A stretch of 37,064 nt of DNA from a bacterium (GTDB lineage: Bacteria; UBP15; UBA6099). The notes beneath the pieces were generated by a model. The model ran no database searches, was not told the DNA's origin, and was given only the letters and a program-made list of their open reading frames with translations. The DNA lies in contig JAKLIR010000001.1 of NCBI GenBank assembly GCA_022709505.1, forward strand, positions 1 to 37,064. Reading direction: 5' to 3'. The translations under genes were made by a program, and so were the position numbers. How positions within the stretch are numbered: position 1 is the stretch's first letter; every line of letters begins with the position of its first letter. Shown here one piece after another: positions 15,745 to 24,767 of the stretch.

Positions 15745-17448
15745 TTGGAGAAAAGAGTTAAAACGGCTGAGGAGCAAAGATTGACGGCAATGAATTTCGA
15801 GAAGATCCGGATTTCCCTCATAGCCGTTTTCTTTCTGGTGGCGATATTTCCACTTTCACTTCTTTCAAGAAAAATAGTCTTGCAAGGTGAGTATCTGATA
15901 AAGGAGAAGGCCTCTGCTCATTTGATAGATCTTGCGAAGGGAAATGTAAATGCCCTTGAAAGATTCATGAATGAGAGAATAAACGACATACAGGTCATGT
16001 CGAAGATGGTGTCCGCGCGTGGAAGCGACCGAGGATTCGTAATAAAGCAGTTGGAAAACATGAGGAAGCAGTATCGAATATATCCGGGTATCGTGCTATC
16101 TGACAGTGAAGGCCGTCCCCTGATAGGCACGAAAGGGTTGACGTCCGAAAGCATCTTGAGAGTTGAACGGTTTATCAAAAGAGGAGGCATCGTTTCAAGC
16201 GGCGTCGGCGACGTGGAAATGTTAAAGGTATCGGATGGAACAATCCCGGCCGTTATTATCTGTTCACGTCTCAAGGGGGCTGGCGGCGGTTACGATTATT
16301 TATGCGGGATCGTGGATTTCAGATATGTGAACAAAATACTTAAGGAGAGCGAAATCGGCGGTACGGGTGAAGTGTACATAGTTAACAAGGTCGGGTATTT
16401 TTTAACGGCGTCGCGCTTTGGAGCGAGGATCCTGAAAGACAAATATTCGCTTTTCTTAGATGAAAGAGAGCCGGCGCCGGCGTCGGAAGTGACTGATTAC
16501 AGAGGGCATAAAGTTCTTCACACGCAAAGAAAGGTTGGAGATTATCCTTGGTATGTAATTGCGGAACAGGACAAGAGCGAGACGCTTGCGCAGATCGTAA
16601 GATTACGGAAAGAGACCTTGTTTTATGTTTTTCTGATAACGGTAGTTGTATTTGCGATGTCATACATTGTATCGATGTTGATTGTAAATACCTTGAAGTC
16701 AAAATACAGATATGAGAAGGAGCTTGAATTTCAGGTTATTCAGAAAGACAAGCTGGCGGCTCTGGGATTACTTTCCGCGGGGCTTGCACACGAACTGAAC
16801 ACGCCTCTTGCGAACGCTTTGCTTTATGTGCAGATCGCGCGTGAAGAGTTAAAAGAAAACGAGCATGAGTCTTTGGATGACAGGCTGTTGACGATAGAAG
16901 ACGAAGTGAAACATGGCGGTGAAGTGGTGAAAAACCTTCTGGGGTTTTCCCACAGTGCTCAAGATGGTAAAAAGAGTGCGAATGTCAACGACGTCATATC
17001 GAAGTTATTGTCGATAGCAGGCCCGCATTGCGAATCCAAAGGTTTGTTGATGCACGTGGACTGCGAGGAAGGCATTCCGAATGTGGCGGCCGAAAAGAGC
17101 ACGTTGCAGGAAATAATCACGAACATAGTGGTCAACGCGATAGACACCATGCAGTGCGGCGGAGACATAAGGATATCGACAAGATATATTCCGTCGATAG
17201 GGAAGATAAGGATTGATGTGTCCGATACAGGGCCCGGAATACCCAAGGATGCAATTAGCAGGATATTCGACCCGTTTTACACAACAAAGAAACCCGGAGA
17301 AGGGACGGGACTCGGATTGTTCATGTGCTATCAGATGGTGCGTAAACTCGGTGGAGATATAAAGGTGGTAAGCAAAAGCGAAGGAACGGAAAAGACGGGA
17401 ACGACTTTCACCGTTGAATTGCCCGCCGAAACGGAGCGAAGCTTGTAA
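15745..17448 (+). CDS. sensor histidine kinase with a Cache-like periplasmic domain
   Basis: The protein has two TM helices flanking an extracytoplasmic region of about 250 aa. That region ends in YPWYVIAEQDKSE, which is Cache-like. The H-box is LAHELNTPL, the N-box is NIVVNAIDTM, G1 is DTGPGI and G2 is GTGLGL. The ORF-track start at 15745 is TTG. The in-frame ATG at 15790 (MNFEKIRISL...) is the more likely start. Confidence 0.9.
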   Translation: MEKRVKTAEEQRLTAMNFEKIRISLIAVFFLVAIFPLSLLSRKIVLQGEYLIKEKASAHLIDLAKGNVNALERFMNERINDIQVMSKMVSARGSDRGFVIKQLENMRKQYRIYPGIVLSDSEGRPLIGTKGLTSESILRVERFIKRGGIVSSGVGDVEMLKVSDGTIPAVIICSRLKGAGGGYDYLCGIVDFRYVNKILKESEIGGTGEVYIVNKVGYFLTASRFGARILKDKYSLFLDEREPAPASEVTDYRGHKVLHTQRKVGDYPWYVIAEQDKSETLAQIVRLRKETLFYVFLITVVVFAMSYIVSMLIVNTLKSKYRYEKELEFQVIQKDKLAALGLLSAGLAHELNTPLANALLYVQIAREELKENEHESLDDRLLTIEDEVKHGGEVVKNLLGFSHSAQDGKKSANVNDVISKLLSIAGPHCESKGLLMHVDCEEGIPNVAAEKSTLQEIITNIVVNAIDTMQCGGDIRISTRYIPSIGKIRIDVSDTGPGIPKDAISRIFDPFYTTKKPGEGTGLGLFMCYQMVRKLGGDIKVVSKSEGTEKTGTTFTVELPAETERSL

Positions 17449-17460
17449 AAAGGTGACTCG

Positions 17461-18834
17461 ATGAACGGATATAAAATATTGGTTGTTGAAGACGACAAGA
17501 AAATGCGGGATGGTCTTTTCTATGTCATGACGAAGGAAGGATACGAGGTGGATGCGGTCGATTCCGGCGAGGCGGCCTTGGGACGAATAAAAAATCATGC
17601 TTACGACCTCGTCATCTCGGACATGAAACTTCCCGGTATCGACGGCATGGAAGTTCTCAAAGCGGTGAAGAATTATGACAAAGACATAAGCATAATAATA
17701 ATCACTGCGTACGGCTCCGTTTCCGCGGCCGTCTCATCCATGAAAGAAGGCGCCGATGATTATGTCTTGAAGCCGTTTGATATGGAAGAGTTGAAATTCG
17801 TAGTGAGGAAAGTTTTTGAGAAAAGGGAGTTGGTCACGAAAAATCTACTGTTGCAAAGCCAACTGGAAAAGAAATACAAGTTTGACAACATAATAGGATC
17901 AAGTGAGAGCATAGTTAAAGTATTCAAATTGATAAATCAGATTAACAACTCAAAGACGACGGTTTTAATTCAAGGAGAAACCGGAACGGGAAAGGAACTC
18001 GTTGCAAAAGCCATACACTTCAACAGCATACGGGCGTCAAAACCTTTCTTGCCGGTGAATTGCGCGGCGCTGAATGAAAACCTGCTTGCGAGCGAATTAT
18101 TCGGCCATGTGAAGGGGGCTTTTACAGGAGCGGTGAAGGACAAAAGGGGCATATTCGAGGTGGCGGAAGGAGGAACTGTTTTCCTCGATGAAATCGGCGA
18201 CATAGATACAGGGATGCAACAGGTCCTCCTGAGAGTCCTCGAGGATGGCGAGATACAACCCGTGGGCTCGACGGAAAGAAGAAAGACTTCAGTCCGGATA
18301 ATCGCTGCTACCAACAAAGACCTCGAACAAATGATAAAGGAAGAGCGTTTTCGGGAAGACCTCTATTTCAGACTAAATGTTATTACGATAAAGATGCCGT
18401 CTCTCAGAGAGCGAAAAGAGGATATCGGAATACTGGCGCGGCATTTTCTAAAGATCTATTCGAATGAGAACAATAAAAACATAACATCGATTTCTCCGGA
18501 AGTTTTGTATCTGTTGGAAGAATACATCTGGCCGGGGAACGTGCGAGAACTTGAAAATGTCATAGAGCGGGCAACATTACTTGAGACGACTAACGAGATA
18601 ACGCCTGAAAGCCTTCCACCGTCAATTATGGATTTTTTTCAGCCTAAAGGAGGCGCGGCCTGCGGTTCGGATGATGTTGTGACCTTGGAACAAGTGGGAC
18701 GCTGTCACATTTTGGATATATTGAAGGCGTCAGGCGGAAACAAGGCCAAGGCGGCGGAGATGCTCGGGATAAACCGGACTACCCTTTGGCGTATGATGAA
18801 ACGGCTTAATATTGCGATAGATGATCAAGTGTAA
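17461..18834 (+). CDS. sigma-54-dependent response regulator (NtrC family: REC-AAA+-Fis HTH)
   Basis: The REC domain has its acceptor Asp in DLVISDMKLPG. Walker A is GETGTGKE. An intact GAFTGA loop is present (VKGAFTGA). Walker B is VFLDEIG. The arginine-finger region is RFREDLYFRL. The C-terminal HTH is AAEMLGINRTTLWRMMKRL. Confidence 0.93.
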   Translation: MNGYKILVVEDDKKMRDGLFYVMTKEGYEVDAVDSGEAALGRIKNHAYDLVISDMKLPGIDGMEVLKAVKNYDKDISIIIITAYGSVSAAVSSMKEGADDYVLKPFDMEELKFVVRKVFEKRELVTKNLLLQSQLEKKYKFDNIIGSSESIVKVFKLINQINNSKTTVLIQGETGTGKELVAKAIHFNSIRASKPFLPVNCAALNENLLASELFGHVKGAFTGAVKDKRGIFEVAEGGTVFLDEIGDIDTGMQQVLLRVLEDGEIQPVGSTERRKTSVRIIAATNKDLEQMIKEERFREDLYFRLNVITIKMPSLRERKEDIGILARHFLKIYSNENNKNITSISPEVLYLLEEYIWPGNVRELENVIERATLLETTNEITPESLPPSIMDFFQPKGGAACGSDDVVTLEQVGRCHILDILKASGGNKAKAAEMLGINRTTLWRMMKRLNIAIDDQV

Positions 18835-18850
18835 ATATCACCTCAAATTT

Positions 18851-18886
18851 GTTGCATAATGCAACTCGCGTGTTGCATTATGCAAC
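18851..18886. promoter_or_regulatory. two tandem 15-bp palindromes, a likely enhancer (UAS) for the adjacent sigma-54 activator
   Basis: GTTGCATAATGCAAC lies at 18851-18865 and GTTGCATTATGCAAC at 18872-18886. Their centres are 21 bp apart, two helical turns. They lie about 80-110 bp upstream of the -24/-12 promoter at 18960. As RNA the two copies could also pair with each other and act as a terminator for the upstream operon. Confidence 0.65.
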
Positions 18887-18959
18887 TTCAACTCGCATGC
18901 GTCTTTTGTTGAACGCATGAAAACCCTCATAACAGAACGTTATTTAAAACCCCGGAATC

Positions 18960-18974
18960 TGGCACGGAATTTGC
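18960..18974 (+). promoter_or_regulatory. sigma-54 promoter (-24/-12)
   Basis: TGGCAC-GGAAT-TTGC matches the TGGCAC-N5-TTGC consensus exactly. It sits downstream of the palindromes and about 95 nt upstream of the ATG at 19070, which has a strong ribosome-binding site. Confidence 0.8.
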
Positions 18975-19069
18975 CTCTTATGTTCGGTGCCGTGTCGAGT
19001 CGCAAAACTCATTCGACACAGATTCGCGCGACTGGTCTATTCAGCGCAAATAACAAAGGGAGGGTTCTT

Positions 19070-19519
19070 ATGAAGAAATATGTGATAGACGATCTTGATA
19101 ATTGGGACACAGTCCTTAATACGCTCGAAGAGCTAAAAAACAAAAAACTTTTGGACAGCCATCAGGATGAACTTATACGGCTCATAAGATACAACGACAA
19201 TTGGCGGTTGAGGGAGGCCGCGTTGCAAGCCGCGTGTCATGTGAGGAAACCGACGCGGGACTTGATCGACGAAGTAATGAATATCGTCGTTAGAGAGGAC
19301 GTCGGTATCGATGCGAGGATTTTCGCCGTCGAAGCCGCGGAAAGCATGATCGAGAATGCTTTTAGCCTGAAGAAACCCGAGAAAAGGGACATTCAGGCTA
19401 TAGCCGCGCAAACGGTGCAGCGCCTCAGATACCTCCGGTCTTGCCCGCAAGTTCCGATATTTACATCGGCGCTTAATAAGGCGCTTGGGAGAATTAATGA
19501 TTTATTGAAAACCGCCTGA
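19070..19519 (+). CDS. small HEAT-repeat-like protein (149 aa) of unknown function
   Basis: I trimmed the start relative to the ORF track (18917). The ATG at 19070 is preceded by AAAGGGAGGG and lies downstream of the sigma-54 promoter. NDNWRLREAALQAACHV resembles a HEAT/PBS-lyase repeat core (VR..A...L). Confidence 0.6.
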   Translation: MKKYVIDDLDNWDTVLNTLEELKNKKLLDSHQDELIRLIRYNDNWRLREAALQAACHVRKPTRDLIDEVMNIVVREDVGIDARIFAVEAAESMIENAFSLKKPEKRDIQAIAAQTVQRLRYLRSCPQVPIFTSALNKALGRINDLLKTA

Positions 19520-19559
19520 CACGATGACAGCGCTGTAATATCCCGAAAGGAGAAAGACA

Positions 19560-20720
19560 ATGATAATCGGTGTTCCAAAAGAGATCATGCCTCAGGAAAA
19601 CAGAATTGCGGTGCTTCCCGAAAATATCGCCAAGTATAAGGCCATGGGATTCAACGTGGTGGTTGAAACCAATGCCGGCGCCGGGGTCTATCAATTTGAC
19701 GAGGATTATGAAAAAGCGGGCGCTAAGATCGCGGAGGACGCTCGCGCCGTCTATGAAACAGCAGACATTATTCTGAAAGTGAAGGAGCCTATGCTCGATG
19801 ATAAAACCGGCGCCCATGAAATATACATGTTACGGAACAAGCAGTTCTTAGTGACGTTCCTGCATCCGGCGGCACCGTCGAACCACGGCATGATAAGGAA
19901 ACTAAGGGATAAAAATATAACCGCGTTCACCATGGACGGCATTCCGAGAATTTCGCGCGCGCAGAGGATGGACGCCCTAACCTCGATGAGCACTATAACC
20001 GGTTATAAAGCGGTGCTCATAGCCGCGAACCAGTTTTCAAGATTCATTCCGATGATAGGCGCTTCGATAGGGATGACGAAGCCCGCGAATATCCTTGTGA
20101 TCGGAACCGGCGTGGTGGGCTTGCAGGGCATAGCGACCGCAAAGAGAATGGGCGGTGCGGTGAAGGCGATCGACATAAGACCGGCCGCGAGGAAAGAGGC
20201 TGAATCGCTCGGCGTCAAGACGGTGGGGTTCGACATGCCTCCCGAAGTCGCCATGGGAGAAGGCGGATATGCAAAGGCTCTGTCATCCGAATGGCTCGAT
20301 AAGGAGCATGAGGCGATAAGACAGACCGTTGTGGAATCGGACATTGTGATTCTCAGCGCGCTCGTACCCGGCGAGGTGGCCCCCATACTGGTGACGGAAG
20401 ACATGGTTGAAAAAATGAAACCGGGGTCGGTCATTGTGGATGTCTCCATCGACCAAGGAGGCAACTGCGCCTTGACCGCGCCGGGAAGCATGACGACAGT
20501 ACACAACATCCACATCTGCGGAATCAAGAACATCCCGGGTTCAGTCCCCGTCCATTCCTCATGGATGTATGCGAACAATATGTTTTATTTCATCGAAAAT
20601 CTCTTCAAAGGCGGCCTTGGTGCATTTGACACGAGCGATGAGATTGTCTCTGGCACTCTTGTGACTCATGAGGGAAAAATATATCATCGCGGCGCTTTGA
20701 AAGCGATGGGAGTATCATAA
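19560..20720 (+). CDS. pntAA: NAD(P) transhydrogenase subunit alpha part 1 (dI, NAD(H)-binding domain)
   Basis: 386 aa. It begins MIIGVPKEIMPQENRIAVLPE, the AlaDH/PNT N-terminal block. The Rossmann motif is VIGTGVVGLQGIATAKRMGA. An AGGAG ribosome-binding site is present. Confidence 0.9.
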   Translation: MIIGVPKEIMPQENRIAVLPENIAKYKAMGFNVVVETNAGAGVYQFDEDYEKAGAKIAEDARAVYETADIILKVKEPMLDDKTGAHEIYMLRNKQFLVTFLHPAAPSNHGMIRKLRDKNITAFTMDGIPRISRAQRMDALTSMSTITGYKAVLIAANQFSRFIPMIGASIGMTKPANILVIGTGVVGLQGIATAKRMGGAVKAIDIRPAARKEAESLGVKTVGFDMPPEVAMGEGGYAKALSSEWLDKEHEAIRQTVVESDIVILSALVPGEVAPILVTEDMVEKMKPGSVIVDVSIDQGGNCALTAPGSMTTVHNIHICGIKNIPGSVPVHSSWMYANNMFYFIENLFKGGLGAFDTSDEIVSGTLVTHEGKIYHRGALKAMGVS

Positions 20721-20882
20721 CACGATTTTCACCCGGAGTAACTGAAGGTCCGGAGTGAGTGCTGTTCCATAGTCTTGTTACGGTTCCAATTCGTCTGAAT
20801 TCGAATCTCGGCCGCGCCGCCGAGCAGAACTGTGGTTTCGCATTGATGTAAGCAAGTTATTGAAAAGAAGGAGCGTTGAAGC

Positions 20883-21164
20883 ATGGCGAACATTCTTTTA
20901 CTCATAGGAGTGATGCTGTTTTCGTTTATCATTGGGTATATATTGATATCCCGCGTGCCGCAATTACTGCATACACCTCTTATGTCCATGACCAATGCAA
21001 TATCCGCAGTCACTATTCTCGGAGTGCTCATATTGTTCTCGAAAGACATTGAAGGTATCGAGAAATTACTCGCATGCGTCGCGCTCGCGACCGCCTCGTT
21101 CAACATAATCGGGGGGTTCGCGATAACGGACAGAATGCTGACTTATTTCAAAAAAAGTAAATGA
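20883..21164 (+). CDS. pntAB: NAD(P) transhydrogenase subunit alpha part 2 (membrane helices)
   Basis: 93 aa with three hydrophobic helices. It contains the characteristic HTPLMSMTNAISAVTILG block. An AAGGAG ribosome-binding site lies 11 nt upstream. Confidence 0.85.
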   Translation: MANILLLIGVMLFSFIIGYILISRVPQLLHTPLMSMTNAISAVTILGVLILFSKDIEGIEKLLACVALATASFNIIGGFAITDRMLTYFKKSK

Positions 21165-21176
21165 GGCAGTTTTGAC

Positions 21177-23168
21177 ATGGGACTGAACATTATACTTAAC
21201 AACTCGCTGATTGATTTTCTGATCATCTTCATTCTGATTTACGGTATATCGCGATTCCGCAATCCACCCGGCGCGAAGGTCGGCAACCGGACCGCCGCAT
21301 TTGCGCTGTTCAGCGCGGTCTTGCTCGTTATCGCAAGGCATGGAATACATGATCCGGTTGCCGTTGTCATTACACTCCTAATAGGTTCCGCGGCAGGATT
21401 GTATCTGGCGAAAACAGTGAACATGATACAAATACCGGCGATGGTCGCGTTCCAGCACGGAGCGGGCGGGGTGGCTGCTTTTCTGGTGTCTTTCGTGGAA
21501 CTGACATCCGTTGGCAAGACCCACGCTGCGATGAATGAGATTTCCGGGATACTCGGTCTTGTGATCGGAGCGGCCACTTTCAGCGGGAGTATGATCGCGA
21601 GCGGAAAACTCTCCAACAAGCTGAAACAGACACCGCAAAATATCCGCTTCCACTCTCATATCGCCTTAGCCGTCTTGATATCGATAATAGCGCTCGGCGC
21701 AATGTCGTTCCATCTGCCGCAGCAGCAGGATAAGATGATCTTCGTCTCCATGATAGTTCTTTCCGCCGCGTTCGGTGTGATCGTCTCGATCCGCATAGGC
21801 GGCGCCGACATGCCCGTACTGATATCATTTTTGAACGCCTCGGCCGGCCTTGCGGCGGCATTCTGCGGCATGATTATCGAAAACAAGCTTCTCATAGCGT
21901 GCGGGGCTACCGTGACAGCGTCCGGGTCCATCCTTACTCACGTGATGTGTAAAGCCATGAACCGCAAACTGATATGGATATTTATCCCGAGGAAAACTGT
22001 CACTGCGAAAAAAGCCCCGGGAGCTAAAAATGTCAGCACAGCCGTAACAGCGCCGCGGGCTGTTAAAGATGAGAGCAAAAGTCCTTCGGACCCAATCGCA
22101 ACGGCGGCTCGGTTGGCGCTCGAGGCGGATAATGTGATCATCATACCGGGATACGGAATGGCGATCGCTCAGGCTCAGAGTGAAGTCGCGGCATTTGCGA
22201 AGCTCATGTCCGAAATGAAAAAGAAAGTCAGGTTTGCGATTCATCCCGTGGCGGGAAGGATGCCGGGACACATGAATGTGCTGCTTGCGGAAGCGGAAGT
22301 AGAATATGAGATGTTGTTCGAAATGGACGATATTAATCAGGATTTCAAGCACACCGATCTGGTTTTGATTGTTGGCGCGTGCGACGTAGTCAATCCCTCA
22401 GCGATCAGCGTCGAGGGCACCCCTATCTCCGGCATGCCCATTCTTCGCGCGAATGACTCGAAAAATGTAATATGCTGCAACTTCGACACTAACCCCGGAT
22501 ACTCCGGCGTTCGGAACCTTCTCTATGAAATGGATAAAACGATTTTGCTTCTCGGTGATGCGAAGCAAACGGTCGGACGTTTGATAGAACGAGTGCGATC
22601 TGGCGTGGCGGAGACGATTCCCGAGGATGAAAAGAAACCAACATCGAACTATGAAAAAGCGGCGCAAACGCTGACGTCGGCAAAAAGCGTGATAATCGTT
22701 CCGGGGTACGGCATGGCGATCGCTCAGGCTCAGTTTAAGGTCGCCGAAATGGCGCGATTACTCGAAAAAAACAATACCGTTGTGAATTTCGCGGTACACC
22801 CGGTCGCGGGGAGGATGCCGGGCCACATGCATGTTCTTCTCGCGGAAGCTGAAGTGGACTATGAAAAGCTGAAAGAGATGGATGTGATCAACCCGATGTT
22901 TAAAGATGCGGATGTCGTTCTTGTCGTCGGGGCATGTGATGTGATCAATCCATCCGCCATCAGAATTGAAAACACGCCGATTTCGGGCATGCCGGTATTG
23001 TCTGTTATCGATGCGAAAAACATATTAATTTGCAACTATGACGAGAAGCCGGGATATTCCGGCGTGGACAATCCGCTGTACAGGGAACGGAAAACCACGT
23101 GTCTTTTCGGAGACGCCCGGGAGACAATCACGAAATTGATATCACTTTGCTCTGAAACTACGGCTTGA
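21177..23168 (+). CDS. pntB: NAD(P) transhydrogenase subunit beta with two tandem dIII (NADP(H)-binding) domains
   Basis: 663 aa. The N-terminal ~265 aa are multi-TM. Two consecutive dIII copies follow, each containing PGYGMAIAQAQ, HPVAGRMPGHM.VLLAEAEV, GACDV.NPSA, PISGMP and PGYSGV. Copy 1 starts near V320 (nt 22134) and copy 2 near V505 (nt 22689). Confidence 0.9.
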   Translation: MGLNIILNNSLIDFLIIFILIYGISRFRNPPGAKVGNRTAAFALFSAVLLVIARHGIHDPVAVVITLLIGSAAGLYLAKTVNMIQIPAMVAFQHGAGGVAAFLVSFVELTSVGKTHAAMNEISGILGLVIGAATFSGSMIASGKLSNKLKQTPQNIRFHSHIALAVLISIIALGAMSFHLPQQQDKMIFVSMIVLSAAFGVIVSIRIGGADMPVLISFLNASAGLAAAFCGMIIENKLLIACGATVTASGSILTHVMCKAMNRKLIWIFIPRKTVTAKKAPGAKNVSTAVTAPRAVKDESKSPSDPIATAARLALEADNVIIIPGYGMAIAQAQSEVAAFAKLMSEMKKKVRFAIHPVAGRMPGHMNVLLAEAEVEYEMLFEMDDINQDFKHTDLVLIVGACDVVNPSAISVEGTPISGMPILRANDSKNVICCNFDTNPGYSGVRNLLYEMDKTILLLGDAKQTVGRLIERVRSGVAETIPEDEKKPTSNYEKAAQTLTSAKSVIIVPGYGMAIAQAQFKVAEMARLLEKNNTVVNFAVHPVAGRMPGHMHVLLAEAEVDYEKLKEMDVINPMFKDADVVLVVGACDVINPSAIRIENTPISGMPVLSVIDAKNILICNYDEKPGYSGVDNPLYRERKTTCLFGDARETITKLISLCSETTA

Positions 23169-23350
23169 TGCTACTGCCGATGCGTGATCCCGGGCGATAT
23201 GAAAGATTAAGGGGTGGGGTTGGATAAACCAATTGTTGATGCATGGAGAGTTGTTGTATGATGTAATGATCGGGCGATGAAAGCATCCTCGGCCGGGGAT
23301 GCGTCCGGGCATACGTAACTGTTCATGCTGACAGTGTGGTGGAAACCTAA

Positions 23351-24640
23351 GTGGCGGGAGAACGATATAATCTGAACCTCGAGTTTTTAAGAAAGCGCGA
23401 CCGCGATTTGGCTGAGGCGGTGGTCGAGGCTGCCGCATCTTCCGCGAAAGTAACGGAGATACTTCACGGGAACTTCAACGCAAGCAATGTTTTCGGCGGT
23501 GATTTGCGGAAGACGACCGTCCCCGATGAGAAATTCTCACTCGTTCTGGGACTCGGAGATGATATATCCTTGTTCAATACAATCGCGAGGAAGGATGGTT
23601 CGTTTTGTTTTATATTCGAGGAAGGCATCGAAAAGCTGATTCACGTAATGAGAAAGGAAGATTTAAGGGATTTATTTCTGTCTGAGAACATTTCCTTTTT
23701 TTGTGGAAAAGAATCCTTCAATGCTTTTTTAGACAGTGCCGAGAATGCGATATATAGATGGGTTTTGGATATGGTTGTCGGCGGTGGACATTCGCCGGAT
23801 AGAGTAGATGCCGCCATGTTTGTAAACGACACGATGAGCCCGGAGGAGATAGGCTCATACAGTATTTATGAAGATTATGCAAAGCAACTGATTGCGAAAC
23901 TCGAGATGCATTTAAACTGCTTGAAAGCTATCAAGGAAGGTTGCGGCGATCTCGCGGAGTATCTGGGGAAGGAGAGTAAGGACATTGTGATGGATGTTTT
24001 TTCGTCCACGAAAACACTCTCTGACGATTGGTATGAATTCAATCCCGAGACACCGGAAGAAATCCACGAATGGTACTGTAAAACAGACAAATATCTGTAT
24101 GAACTTTGCTTTTATCACAGCGTAAGCCCGACCTATCCGATTGTTGTTAAAGTGGTTGAACTTTTCTGTGACAGATTCGGGGGCAGGATACTCGATTTCG
24201 GCGGCGGGGACGGCGATATGAGTATCCGATTATCGCGGAAAGGGCAAAATGTCGAATATTGCGATGTCTCCGGTAAAACGATGGATTTTGCTCTTTGGAG
24301 ATTTAAAAAACACGGGCTGAATATTAGAACGATGGTTTCAACTGAGCCGGACACGATAATCCTTGAAGGGAATTACGATGTGATACTGGCGCTCGACGTG
24401 CTGGAGCATCTCGTCAATCCTCTTCACTATTGTTCGGTGTTCCACGAACATCTTTCGGATAACGGGCTGTTGATCGGCAGGCCGTCTTTCGGAAACGACC
24501 CTCTTCATCCGATGCATTTGAAGGAGAATATGAAATACAACGAAACATTCGCGGAGACCATGAAGAATATCGGCTTTGCGGAAATCAATCTGAATACGGG
24601 AATAGATATCATCAGCGTATGGATGAAAACAAGAAATTAA
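23351..24640 (+). CDS. two-domain protein: unknown N-terminal ~270 aa plus a C-terminal class I SAM-dependent methyltransferase
   Basis: 429 aa with a GTG start, so the start is uncertain. Motif I is ILDFGGGDGDMSIRLSRKG. The post-I acidic residue is in VEYCDVS. Motif IV is YDVILALDVLEHLVNP. Confidence 0.7.
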   Translation: MAGERYNLNLEFLRKRDRDLAEAVVEAAASSAKVTEILHGNFNASNVFGGDLRKTTVPDEKFSLVLGLGDDISLFNTIARKDGSFCFIFEEGIEKLIHVMRKEDLRDLFLSENISFFCGKESFNAFLDSAENAIYRWVLDMVVGGGHSPDRVDAAMFVNDTMSPEEIGSYSIYEDYAKQLIAKLEMHLNCLKAIKEGCGDLAEYLGKESKDIVMDVFSSTKTLSDDWYEFNPETPEEIHEWYCKTDKYLYELCFYHSVSPTYPIVVKVVELFCDRFGGRILDFGGGDGDMSIRLSRKGQNVEYCDVSGKTMDFALWRFKKHGLNIRTMVSTEPDTIILEGNYDVILALDVLEHLVNPLHYCSVFHEHLSDNGLLIGRPSFGNDPLHPMHLKENMKYNETFAETMKNIGFAEINLNTGIDIISVWMKTRN

Positions 24641-24767
24641 AGTGGAAAATAAAGATGTACGTGGCATAGAATTATCATATTTAAACCGTCACATTAAAAA
24701 GAAATGTATCGAAAGGACGCGCATCCGAAACACGAGTTGACTCATCCTGTTACGGTGGTTTCGAAAT

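Noticed and set aside
18851-18886. The two palindromes interpreted only as an intrinsic terminator for the two-component operon.
   Set aside because: Each palindrome alone would give a 1-nt loop, and no T tract follows. Pairing between the two copies is possible. However, the 21-bp phasing and the position about 100 bp upstream of an exact sigma-54 promoter fit an enhancer better. A dual role is not excluded.
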